DNA from: Perkinsus chesapeaki ATCC PRA-425
Taxonomy: Eukaryota > Protista > Perkinsozoa
NCBI GenBank assembly: GCA_013115145.1
Contig: JAAPAO010000319.1
Location: forward strand, 1 to 40,085
Direction: 5' to 3'
DNA length: 40,085 nucleotides
In this document: in pieces, positions 1 to 11,730 of the stretch
Position numbering within the stretch: position 1 is the first letter of the stretch
Layout: the number at the start of each line of letters is the position of its first letter
The notes under the pieces: model-generated
What the model saw: the letters and a program-made list of their open reading frames with translations, nothing else
Database searches by the model: none
Told to the model about the DNA's origin: nothing
Translations under genes and position numbers: made by a program

Positions 1-110
1 TTATTAGTAATACCTTTATTTATTAGTAATACCTTTATTTATTATTAATACCTTTATTTATTAGTAATACCTTCATTTATTAGTAATACCTTTATTTATT
101 AGTAATACCT
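1..110. repeat. 19-bp AT-rich minisatellite (TTATTAGTAATACCTTTAT), about 5.8 copies, may continue off the left edge
   Basis: Units start at 1, 20, 39, 58, 77 and 96 with single substitutions and no spacers. Confidence 0.95.
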
Positions 111-198
111 ATTATTTTGTTAGTTTATTTATTATTCTTTTCCTAAAGCTTTTACTGGTATCATTATCTGTAGTGTGTTTTCCTCCTGAACCGGTACT

Positions 199-1661
199 TT
201 GAGAGACGTTGTTTTGCCTGCGGATTTGAACGGGCAAGTTGTCGAAATTTCATCGAGTTCCTCACACTGCAGCTTGCCGCTATCCTGGGAGACCTACTCG
301 CTAGGTGCAGCTCCCCTTGATGATGCTGATGGTTCGATAGAGAATAGAGTCTGTATGCCCTTCCTGGCCGGTTACTGCACATTCGGTAGTATTGGGGGAG
401 GGCACGTACTTTTACATAGGGTCGAGTGAAGTAGGAGCATTTGGAGGGATCTTGGGGTTGCTGGAGGGATAGGAGCGTGTGCTGTGCTTACCAACGTGTG
501 GTAGATCTTTCTGTGGAGCGAATTGTAGAGGTATATTTGTATTTGAAAAGGTATCAAGTTTTACCAATATAGAAAGGTTCGTTGTGCATTGAGAGAGATT
601 TTAGTGAGGGTATATCTACCGGCTGGAAGGAGAAAATCACAAAAGAGACTGCAGAAAAGGTGCAATGCATGACGAGATCGGAATTGATCGAGAGACCATG
701 AAGTTGGCTGTAGTGAAGGAACGTCCTCAAGGAGGAAACTTGAAGCTTTCGTTTCTGTAACTGCTCCTCAGTTCATTTTCTATTGACAATGGTGGCGTGG
801 ATGACTGGTCTGATTTCAAAGATGGATGACAGTTGATGATAATGTATACCCCTGGTCGTTACTTTTCAGGTGATAAATGCTTCAACTGTCATCCGGAGCC
901 TCAGCAAGTCAAAAGGCTTCTGGCAAAATATTCACGGACAAAATGCCGATTTGGAAAGGACTGCAAAACGTAGGGCTTGAAATTCTTCCGAGTGCGATGG
1001 GCGTATCTTTGTGATCAGATCAGGTTGCTTGTATAACCACGGAGAAGAGCCTGTAGCGGGCTGGATGGCCCCGAGTGTTGATGTCGGGAAGGTGGAGGCG
1101 AGGCCAGTACCGAGGAGTCTGCTGTATCAGCAAGCAGCACAACGGCAATATGGGGAGAATAATAGAGTACAGAGAACGGTGGGTTGGGGTGGTGGAAGGC
1201 TGGTAGAGAAAATTGTTGACGATTGAATTCGTCAGGGTTATCGAGGAATATCGATTTGACGGGCGGACGACTGTCTCTTAATGGTTGATTATAATATAAG
1301 TATTATATAGCTGCTGTGTCTTGGTTAAACAGGGCTTTTATATAGTGTAGATTTAGGCATATATTTATCGGGGTTTCGGTTTGGAAGAGAGTCTAAGGCT
1401 CTTTTAAAAAAGAAAAATAAATATTCGGATTTGCGGATAAAAGTTTCAACAGCTTGCTGTAGAGGTGCATCCTTATTATAGGTATATGCCAACGGTCCAA
1501 CATATGTGCCTCATACGAGCAATGATGGTGGCAGCAGCTGGGTCGAGGTTCAGTTAGATACTGTTAAGATACCCGATGGTGTTTGGAGGAACCATGAGGA
1601 TGGTACGGCAGCAGCAGCATTCTCTATACAGGACCCGGTGGGTTGGGAAGGAACGTGTTAG
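199..1661 (+). CDS. Tandem CCCH zinc-finger protein, 5' end unresolved; exons about ..385, 870-969, 1019-1166/1178, 1482-1661
   Basis: Splicing 386-869 and 970-1018 (GT-AG, phases match) gives C-MPFLAGY-C-TFGDK-C-FNC-H and C-RFGKD-C-KTSG-C-LYN-H. The last exon VYANGPTY...WEGTC* is open in phase 0. Confidence 0.8.
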
Positions 1662-1979
1662 ATTGCCTTCGGTGTTCGGAGTTGTAGATAGGAGGGCTTC
1701 GGCAAAATGCACTAGTACCTAGCTGAGTGATACAAATGGGGTCCAAAGTGGTCCTGTTCAGCACCTTAACAATGAAATTTAATAAAATTCCATTTTTTCG
1801 ATCTCCTTTTTTCCAAGTGGACGGATTTCAATTTTCAATCCCCTATAAGGGCGGGGTTTCATCTTGATTCAACGAGTGAAGCGTCACGCTTCAAGCGTGA
1901 GGCGTTTAGCATGAAGTCCCACTCAACGCTAAATCCAAGACTTAAGGATCTAACGACCGCACAATCTATTGCGGCATTA

Positions 1980-2345
1980 TCAATTTCGCTTAGTCACTAG
2001 GACCTGGTGAGTGATCTTGAAGATCGCACGTGCGTTTTCTTCACTTTCTTCCGTGTTATTGCCTTTTTGTATCAGATTGAGAGATTCAAATACGTAAATG
2101 CTGACAGGCCGCTGCCCACCGGCCAGGACGGGGACATTGTCATCGACTTGCACTTCCAGTCACTGAAGAGCGTGGAGCAGGCTTTGGATTTCGTAGGTCT
2201 CTTTCGGTCGTGTCCACGGCGCTTTCCAAAGTTTGGAGGCCTCCACGATGCCGCCTTTCGCTGCTTCTGGTTTATTATTTTTACAACGCGAGTTTCGAAA
2301 CGCGTTACCGATCTTTTTCAAATGTTTTTGCTGCTTATAAGTCAA
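1980..2345 (-). other. 121-codon frame interrupted by one TGA (2160-2162); unidentified, possibly a pseudogene or spliced exon
   Basis: MTYKQQ...LHALQ-TGA-LEVQVDDNVP...VTKRN*; no family recognised. Confidence 0.25.
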
Positions 2346-2580
2346 CGAGGTGCATCTTACGTTCCTAAATTGACATGCTTGAAACGAGAAGTTTCAGGCG
2401 CTTAATTTCGCACTATGGCGACATCCATGTTTGTCGGTTTGGGTCGTTACTGGTGTGGGTACTCACGTTCCAGAAGGACATCAGCGAAAAGGGGGAGTAT
2501 TGTTCGAGGCGGTGAAGGAAGTGAGTCATATTACATGGTGTTTCAGGAGTACCGTGTTTTGATCGATCAAGTTTTCAACA

Positions 2581-2651
2581 GCGCTCGTAGTGTAACGGTA
2601 TCATACAAGCTTCCCATGCTTGTGACCCGGGTTCGACTCCCGGCGGGCGCA
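2581..2651 (+). tRNA. tRNA-Gly (anticodon CCC), intronless
   Basis: Acceptor stem GCGCTCG/CGGGCGC, anticodon arm CAAGC-TTCCCAT-GCTTG, T arm CCGGG-TTCGACT-CCCGG, discriminator A; closely resembles eukaryotic tRNA-Gly-CCC. Confidence 0.97.
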
Positions 2652-2652
2652 G

Positions 2653-2673
2653 TTTTTCACGTTTATTTTTTTT
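2653..2673 (+). terminator. RNA polymerase III oligo-T terminator of the tRNA
   Basis: T5 at 2653-2657 and T8 at 2666-2673, immediately after the tRNA. Confidence 0.8.
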
Positions 2674-2903
2674 CAATCATACTCTTGTCAGTCCGTTCTG
2701 CACCGCCTCTCCATGAGTGCTCCTTATATTGTGAACCAGATTTTAATAGGAGTAGATGGAAGTGGCAGACCCGGTGCTCTCTGGATAAAAAAGAGTCTCT
2801 ACCGTTAATAATCGTGGATTGCGTTGGTGGCTCTAAGTGATCCAACAACGACACACTCAGACCGTACGAACAGCAGATCCACGACAGCTTATCACTTTGC
2901 CTC

Positions 2904-5900
2904 ATGCATGCAGCGTCACGTCACACTGTTAAACCTCTGAGCGCAGCAGCAGCGCGTGCGAGTACGGGGTCAGCGTCCATTCTAGCGTATTCGGCTCGCG
3001 CGCTGGAAGAAGACGCAGGAGGTGGCCAAGTGTACTTAACCCGACACTCTCACTATTGGCGTCCGATTAAGGGCAGCGTTGGTACGCGTCATGAGGACTT
3101 TATACAGAGTCAGATAACCGCTAAAGGTGACAACGGCAAGTGACTGAGGGAAGTATCCCGATTATCGCATCGGTTACAAAAGTAAATGGGCTTGAAAGCT
3201 GTTTTTGATTCAAGTTCAGACTAGCCTTTGTGCTGTTTTCTGGCAGGCCGTAGAAGCCGGTTCCTATCATGTTCGATCAGGCACAGTCGAGTTGAAGAGT
3301 ACGAGTCTCCCTCCTGGCAGGAAGTACCGTGAATTCATAATGCAAAGTAGCGGTATTGATACAATAGAGGCTGCGAGGCATATCGAAGCGCAATGCGGTC
3401 TCGAAAAAGGTGTTCTTAAAGTGGCAAGAAAACGGCGAAGTGCCTATGGTACGACCGTGCAGTTGCTGTCGGCAGCAGCCGGGCACGAGGCTGACCTTAG
3501 TGGCTTCAAACAGGGCGAAAATGGCATCTACGTTGGGCCGGCTCCCAAGGTGTGGCTGGATGAGGAGAATAGAAAGACCATCGGTCAGCGGTATACTTGT
3601 GTGGTTCGTGGGGTGTCCGCGGGAAGAGATGTTATCGAGGAAAGGATTAACTCTGTTATCAATTCCGGCGTGGCTAATCTATGGGCGCCAGACAAATTCG
3701 GTAAGGCAGAAATACGCACGTACGAGTTGGGTGCGAGGCTCCTGAAGGGCGACTACGGAGGATTTATCCGACTTCTGGTCGGGGCTAACAGACATGAATC
3801 ATCGAGGACATGGGAAGCTTGGAAGGTAGCCAAGATTAGCGGCTTTTCGGTACTCGGTGGGCTACTGGGCCAGAACGTAGAAAGTGTGAGAATACGTGCC
3901 CTATGATCTCACAGTTGTTATTTTCATTCTTGCTTCTCGATAAGGATCGAGGCGGTGGCTTTCCTTTATGTTGGCTCCGACTGGGAGCTCGATACTCTAG
4001 TGTATAGACGATAAGAAGCGAACTGGATCTGCTGCCATTGGACTGCCGTTCGACAGTATATAGTCATCATGACTGATACCGTTCGCCTTCATCAACTCTG
4101 TTTACTATCTATAGCTCTGCGTCCTTTATCCCTTATACTGTTCGAAGTGTAACCATATTGCCTTCGGCTGTGTAGCTGCTAGCTCTCGACTATTCTTGTT
4201 GCGAGCCATTTATTATAAATGATTTATAGGTCTATTCTTTTATTACTGCATTTTCTTTTTCTAGGCCTTCCAGCAAGGAGATCTATCCGCCTGTGCTGTT
4301 GCCTTGCCCACCGATGCCTGTAGAGTCACTACTGCTGTGGTGATGATGCTTAATAAGACTGCCGGAGATGCAGTAAGACCTTCGACCGTTCATTTCTGAG
4401 CCATAGGCGCAGCACTTATACTTATACTTATACACTATATACTTATGATACACTTGATGCATGGTATATGATATGACTTAGTGTCAAATGAAGGCCTTGC
4501 CCAGTTAGTACTCGGTGGAGGGGACGAAATGGCAAGCCCACCGGTCACTGTGCCTGTGGTGTCTGAAATCGCTTACGCAATCTCTTCGCCGGCTTTCGAA
4601 GGGTGGATCATTGCTACTACTGGGATCATGTTCCATAACAAATTGGCAGCAGCCGGCATCATCTCCGTGCATATAATAATGGTCTGTTATCAGCCGTACT
4701 ACGTTCTTCATAATAATTATAATTCTAGACCTACCCGTGGGGCCTTCGAGTTAGGGATGTCTCTCTGGTCAGGAGGCGGCAATGAGAGCTGTGCCATCGT
4801 GGATGAGATGGTCCTTGAAGAAGGCTGTGGATGCCTATGTGTGGAACCAAGTAGCCAAGTTCAGGCTGACGTCTATGCTTACTGACCATGCTGTTGAAGG
4901 TGAGAAGGCACCAGCAACTGCTCCTAGTAGTGCCGGCACCTGTTGTAGAGAAATGATATAGAGGCAGCTCCTATTTCTTATACAGTACGCGTCATCTAGG
5001 AAAGCGCAAACTTGGCGGGCAGTGAAGGAATCAGAAGATAACTCGTTATGGGTGTTGAGAAAATTGCCCGCCAAGTTGGCGCGTTTTTCTAGATGACGCG
5101 TACTGTAGGTCTTCTGCGAAGTTTATAATTGTATTTATATGTTATATCTTGTTCAATTGAAATTCCATTGAACAGGATACGACTTACAGATATAATTTTA
5201 TCATATATTAATAATTTGTATCATAATGATATATAATTATTCGACATCCCACTATCGAATGTCTCAAGTTGTCTTTCCTCAGGCGATTGGGTTCTCCTTG
5301 ACGGAGGTTCTGTGACACGTGTTACCTCCCGTGATGCCAGAGCAAAGACATACCCCATCAGTCGGGTGCTTTTACCCATCAGTCCCGTCTCTGAGGTCAG
5401 TGGTTCCCTGAAGATCGGAACGCTAGTTAGTTGTTATATAATACCTTAAGAGCATCTTAGTGCTATTTATGGAAATAGGTGGTTATAAAGTAGCATAAAC
5501 CAATGCACTTTTTTCTCAACTATCGTTTCGCTGAACTTTGAACCTCAGTAACTCGCCGCACTTTTGGATTAGCAGTGCTACTTGCTCGAATGCACGGTGA
5601 GGTGTGGCTTGGGATATGACCGTGCCATTTGCAGCGTAAGACATAGTTCACCTCAGACGGAGCCGCAAGATTATCCTCTCAACGCAGCCGCGTTCGCCTA
5701 CACAAAAGCCAGGGAAAATCTGGGCCTCAATGACTCAGATTTGAAGGAGGCGATTTCACTCGTAGGAGAGTTGTTCTAGTCGTGTTGGCACTCGGAGAGG
5801 CTTAGATGGGCAAAGTCGACGAAGGCGAAGAGAAGCCGCTTTTGTATCGGCCGCTGGTGGCCTTTCCTACCGAGGTTCAGTGGGATCTAGTTACGTGCCC

Positions 5901-6746
5901 AGTTGGCCAGTCAGTTGTTACGACAGATGCTGTCAGGAACGGCTTAGCAGGTGAGGACGGGATTGCGGTTGCTTATGATGCGATAGGTCCCCGGATCAAA
6001 TCTTGGGTGGTGTGTTTTAGATCACGATTTATCGAATGATGAGCGTCATAGTGTCTCTGGTGGCAGAAAGCGAGGGCCGAGATCGGAGACATGTCTGAGG
6101 CTTAGGTGAGCTCTTGGATGGGGGGGGTCGAATCGACTACGATCACAGCAAAAGTTGGTATGAACCGTTTTAGCAGAATCACTATTGCCGCGAGTGCACC
6201 TGATGAAAAGTTACCAGCTCAGCGGCTCCCATACAGTACGATATAGAGCGAGATTTCGGTAGTCCAAAGTAGAGGGACGTTGTTATTGTGTACCATGCAG
6301 TTAGCAAGGACTTTAGAGGACGATGCGTTGTTCCGCCAACTTCCTTCGCCGCTTCTTAGGAGCATGTGCACTACGCGGAATCTAAGGGTGCAATTTCGTA
6401 TGTGTGCCCAGTTTCCCAGCTACAGTGTTAACCGAACCTTTCTGGGGTAATTGTTTCAATACCATTCGAAGAGAAACATGCGACTTGGACCAGACCACGA
6501 TCATCATGCTCTACCTCATCACCCGGGTCTACTTTCAAGCGTCGCCATCATGGCAAGACAATTGACAGTAGCGTTGTTATCGTGATCAATCAATATTGTA
6601 TGGGGGCTCTCCCAACATCTACATTCAGGTTCACTCTAGAGAAGGCTCATGACTGCGGCGGTCGGATGGTGCTGAGAGAAATCCTACAGCGTCCGATCCA
6701 CGAGTTCATGCCAGCATCTTTGGCACGTCAAGACTTGCTATTTTAA
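2904..6746 (+). CDS. Multi-exon TruD/PUS7-family pseudouridine-synthase-like protein, apparently lacking the catalytic Asp
   Basis: TruD-like motifs occur in the expected order across exons: GSVGTRHEDFIQ, GQRYTCVVR, GVANLWAPDKFG, ELGARLLKGDY, KAVDAYVWNQVAKFRL (about 4820-4870), GDWVLL...RVLLP (from 5283), LYRPLVAFPTEVQW and FRFTLEK...VLREIL ending at TAA 6744-6746. Several exon boundaries are uncertain. Confidence 0.8.
4983..5105. mobile_element. 123-bp MITE, Tc1/mariner/pogo-like, inside intron 4900-5282 of the TruD-like gene
   Basis: TA duplication at 4981-82 and 5106-07. Terminal inverted repeats CAGTACGCGTCATCTAG are perfect for 17 bp and continue with AACTTGGCGGGCA (perfect for 13 bp). 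No coding capacity. Confidence 0.85.
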
Positions 6747-6877
6747 TATCATGTTTCCGTTCAAATAGTTTCCAGGCGCGCGACGTTTTGCAGTGTTCCT
6801 CGCAAGATGGGATTCTCCAGCAGCTCTACATGTCCCCTACATCGAGCTCATCATCGCTGAGGAAAACAGTTGCCACC

Positions 6878-9800
6878 ATGGCGGCGATCGGCGGCCTTAG
6901 TGTAGCGGCTTTCGCCTTTGCACGAAGTCGACGGCTATCTCGAGGTGAGGACATCTAGCGACAAGGAGAGGATAAGTTTGGTCCACGAGCTTCAAAAACA
7001 CAGCTAGGTGCTTGGTCTATATCGTCGATGATCTCATGCTGCACGCTTGGGCGCACGGAGCGCCCAATCGTGATTATATCGCCGCATTAGAGTTTTATAA
7101 TTGTTAGGCTATTATAAATAGATCCGCAAGTATATAAATATATATCCGTTCATCACCAAGCTCATAATAAGAACCCCACTCCTTTATAACTTATACACTG
7201 CATGCCGAATTCTTATCGATGACGGTTTTTCACGTCTTAAGATTCAAATATCAATCCTTATGTTCTCGGCACGTTGTCAGCACAGTTCCTATTAATGCGC
7301 ATACCTGATTTGATCGGCCTTTTCGCACGTATACAGGCCATGATTTTCTGACACCTCTAGCTTTTACTGTATAGTTATTTCGCAGGTAATCGATCGAAGA
7401 AAGAATCGGGTGGCTGGTGGGCCCTAGTTGGCAATACTCCTCTCATAAGAATAGACTCAATTTCGGAGTTACTCGGTGAGCAGCGGAGCGAAGCGTTTCA
7501 TGTTTCCACATTTTCTCATGTCAGGTTGTGAAGTTTACGCAAAGTGCGAGTTTGTGAATCCTGGCGGATCGGTAAAGGACCGAGTAGCCAAAATGATAGT
7601 ATCAGATGCCGAAGATAAGGGCCTGTTGAAGCCAGGGGGGACTATATATGAGGGCACCAGTGGCAGTACTGGCATTAGTCTCACGTAAGGGCCGCTGGAT
7701 AGACTATTTTCTGGACGCAGCCATTTTACGGACCCATTTGGTAGCGAAATGTATGAGGCTGATAGGCAACTATATGATGACGAACATTTTCTCGATACGA
7801 GTTTTTCAATGAGCAGCATAGAGCAACTTGAGGAGAAAATTGAATAGTCTGTTTTACTTGAATCGATCGACCGTATTGGAATGTGAACCTAACCGTTAAT
7901 CGACCTTCGGGTATGATGGAAAAATATACCTTGTTAGGAAATGGGAAGCTCGCAATTTGTCACTGGTGCATACGCTGGAGACCAAGGCAAAATTTCAGAG
8001 GAAATCTTACAAAATTCTGGCCTTTTTTCCGCATCTGCCAACACTTTTCGCAGCAATTTCGTGAGTAAATTTCAGGGCGGAATCGAGGAGGGGTGACAGA
8101 TATTCTAGTACGGTTTTCAGTGGTGCAGTTCTGAAGGCGAATTCTCTTGGTTTTAGGATGGCTGGCCTGGCCCGCGGGTACAAGACAGTTATCTTCATGC
8201 CAGACGATCAAGGTAAGGAGAAATCAGAGATGATAGAGACACTGGGAGGGGAGGTAAGCCAGGGAAGAAGTTCATACCGCTCTCCTGTTAAACTACCCAA
8301 GATCTCATCAAGTTGGTCTCGTGGACCACTGGGCTTCCCCGAGCTTAGCGCCTATATTCCATTCACGCTCTCTCCGTGTGCGCAGTTACACCCTTTGCCG
8401 ATATCTCAGGACTCGCTGATTGACTAAGAAAATGGTCGGTTCATTATCCTTCTTCATAGGTCCACCTATGTCGCCCTGTTTCCATAGTTGACCCTGAGCA
8501 TATGTGCAAGCTAGCAGAGCAAGCAGCCGAGAGGGACCCTGGCGGATTCTATGCTGGTGAGGCGAAATAACAGAGCGCGCGTGGCACGGCTCATTTAGAT
8601 CAATTCGAAAACGAGTCTAATTTCCGGGCGCATTTCCTCGGCACTGGCAAGGAGATCCTTGAGCAGACTAAGGGGAAAGTTGAGGGTAGGCCAATTCTTG
8701 CAATGAGGGAGATATTTTTTCTATTAGTGTTTGTGACCGCTGCTGGCACTGGCGGTACGTTGGCCGGTACGGCGGCCAGACTGAAGACAGAGCTTGGTGA
8801 AGACAACGTAACGGTGATCCTTGCCGATCCACCAGGTGAGGCTGCTGAGGCTAGAGACATGTGTAGCTCGTTTCGTGCAGGATCGGCCTTGGCTCGTCGC
8901 ATCAATACTGGTGTGTTATTTAATGAGAAGGATAAGGAAGGTTATCGAGTCAGACATCCATTCGATACTGTCACGGAAGGCATTGGTCTCGGACGACTCA
9001 CACATAACTTCACACTAGGTCAGATTAGTACTCGAGAACGCAAGGGCTGCATTAACGGACATTGTACGGTGGCAGCAGTCACTTCATGGCGTACTCATAC
9101 TGGGGCCTTTGAAAACTACGATTAAGGAATTTCGATTCGATTGCGGAACTGCTTTCACACGTAGAATGCGATCCTACAATCGCTTATGAAGCCCGGAGTT
9201 GATTTGATGAACATGACGGCTATCATATTGCAGCTTGTGTTCAGGCCTTCCCTTCATCGACTGTGCTGTGTCTATATCGGACGCAGAAGCTGTTCGAATG
9301 TCTCGATGGCTCTTGGCTAAAGATGGCCTTTTCGTGGGCAGCAGTGGCAGTCTTAATGTTGCTGCTGTTGTTAAAGCGTAAGCCATTTGCTTTAGTCAAT
9401 TGTTGTTGTCGATTTTAAACAAGGCTCTCTTAAGTGAGGAATTCCTGCACTGTAGTGGCCCGCTATCATCACGTATACAGTATCTAGTGTAGCCTAAGGG
9501 TAGTTGCTTTCGAAAGCAAGAGGGTGTGAGCGACTTGATACCCCAACGCCGAGAACAGCTAAGACAACTCGTTCCATGTTTTGAGAGGGGTTAATACCTG
9601 TCCTTTCAACCTTGATCCAAATGCCGGTGTGAAGGTATGCAGAATCAAATGTACTGGTAAACTGTTTTCCATAGTGTTTCCGCGAAATCGAATGAACATT
9701 GGCTTCTTTGAGAATCTTAGGTCGCCTGCTGTTAGATACAAAAAGGGTTACATCAAGCCAGGCCAGAGAGTTGTGACCATCATGTGCGACAGTGGAATGA

Positions 9801-9910
9801 GGCATCTATCCAAGTTCTGGAATAACTCCTATTTGGCATCCTTTGACGGTCTTGTCATTGCTGATGAGGAGAAGGGTCAGACTCCACTGGAGTTTGTTAA
9901 GTCCGACTAA
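6878..9910 (+). CDS. Cysteine synthase / O-acetylserine(thiol)lyase-like PLP enzyme (fungal MCY1-like subfamily), multi-exon
   Basis: Start in GCCACCATGG context. Spliced motifs: [74 protein letters not shown]; TAA at 9908-9910. Confidence 0.93.
7483..7494 (+). other. Intronic 12-mer GCGGAGCGAAGC, copy 1 (intron 7476-7524)
   Basis: Exact match to the three other copies. Confidence 0.8.
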
Positions 9911-10134
9911 ACGGTTTCTCTTACCAACTTTTCATTGAGTTTCTTCTCTCTCCTCAGGAAGCTTTTCACAATCTACTAGTTCTGTAGTTGCCTCATCCGT
10001 CATAGGCTAAGGGGAAACTAACTCGATGTCTTTAGCTTTCTTGGATCGAAGATTTACCCGCGTACTTGGCGCGCGCGGGCTCCCCGTTAGTTCATTTCAT
10101 TGAGCTTCCAGCATTTTTCGTCATTCCCTAACTA

Positions 10135-11730
10135 ATGTCAGCGCTTTCTCTTATAAGGCTGGTAGATACTCTAAACGCCAATCGCTTTATACTTGCCTCG
10201 AAGTCACCAAGAAGGCTGGGGCTGCTCAAGACCGTTACGGGCAACCGCCTCAATATCGAGGTGCTCGGGTCGACCTTCCCGGAGGACTTGGACAAAAGGT
10301 AAGCAAGGCTAAGCTGAGCTACTGATGATTTTCCCCTCAGCGCTCTGAAACCCGCCCAGTACGTGCTCGAGACTGCTACTGAGAAAAGCAAGGAGGTAAG
10401 AAAATCTGGAGGAGTCTCTCGCTAAACGATTTTCAACTTGAAAAAACTGAAATTTTTCATACTTCATGAAATTTTTCATGCAGTTATTGAATTTCCGCTA
10501 GTTTTCCCTTGTCATTTTTCTGTGTTCCATAATTGCTGTGTATGGGCTGCTTCCTTCCCGTCGAAATCCTTCCATGATTTCGCATGCAGGTAATCGGTCG
10601 CCTAGAGCCTCCAATGGACGGCCACTTCACTATGGTGCTTTCGGCTGACACTGTTGTGGTAAGCTAATTTGCCTGTATTAAACACCTTCGTTTCTTGCAG
10701 GTCGCGAATGGAAAGATTCTAGAGAAGCCAGAGGATCATGCTCACGCCATGGAGATGCTAAAGGCATTACGCGCACAAACGCACGAAGTTATCACCGGTA
10801 GGTTAGCCGTGCTTGTCAGCTCCAGATACGGTTGAATTTTCGCATCGTGAATACGCTACAATATGACCGGTGGATTACAGGTCCTGTGTGAGCGTCAATC
10901 ATATAAGGACCGTTCATATGGGAAGCACTGCGTTCTATATAAAAACTAGCACTTCCTATCATAGGAAGTCTGTTTTCAAAGCAGATGGCTTCCTGGATCA
11001 AACGGTTCAGAAATTTTGGCACCATGAGCTAACGCATTGTTTCATGCGCTCGTACTGCAGGAGGTCCGCAGACTAATATTCGTTGGTATGCCTGGAGAAA
11101 TCTTTGGTGTTGTTTTAGGTGTTTGCGTGAGTTGTAGGTGGTCTGATGGTCGAAGAGATCACCGTCGGTTCACTACCAGCACCAAAGGTGAGGGCATCTC
11201 GTTGAGTGATATGCTACCTCTGTAACATCCTCGAAACTTTCTCCACGAACAAGGCACTCCATGAGCGGAGGGCGCCATTATATGCAAAATCGAATGCCCG
11301 GAATTTTCCTGTTTGCCTGTTAAGCTGTATAAATATTGGCAACCTAGCTACGGTAGGAGAGTTCCTAATATAGTGGTGGTACGGGGAATGTGCTGAGGCG
11401 AAATTGACCCTACCTTTCGCGAACTGCCGCCAAGTCACGTGCACTTCGAAGCTCGCATATTGTTTTTGTTCAGTAACGTTCTCGGCCAACATTACTGATG
11501 AAGACCTTCAGGCGTACGTAGATACCGAAGAGCCGATGGGGAAGGCTGGCAGCTACGGCATCCAGGTGGGGAGGGCCGTCGATTAGCCATCGACAGCCCT
11601 GCTATTTGATTAGGGTATCGGAGGTCTATTGGCGTGCAAGGTTGAAGGGTGCTACTCCAACGTAGTTGGTCTGCCTGTACATGACACTGCCCAGGCCATT
11701 GCCGAGTTACTGTCTACAAGTTCCCAGTGA
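10135..11730 (+). CDS. maf: Maf-family nucleoside-triphosphate pyrophosphatase (YhdE/ASMTL-like), multi-exon
   Basis: ILASKSPRR, SADTVV, ILEKPED, THEVITG, EPMGKAGSYGIQG, GCYSNVVGLP; TGA at 11728-11730. Confidence 0.93.

Noticed and set aside
1-110. CRISPR array or telomere
   Set aside because: Head-to-tail units with no spacers, eukaryotic context, not a G-rich telomeric unit.
340-400. Degenerate gag-like CCHC knuckle on the minus strand (C..GQEGH)
   Set aside because: It is the antisense of the spliced CCCH finger exon on the plus strand, which gives a perfect motif.
2415-2905. ORFs 2415-2840 and 2663-2905
   Set aside because: The first runs through the tRNA gene; neither has recognisable protein features.
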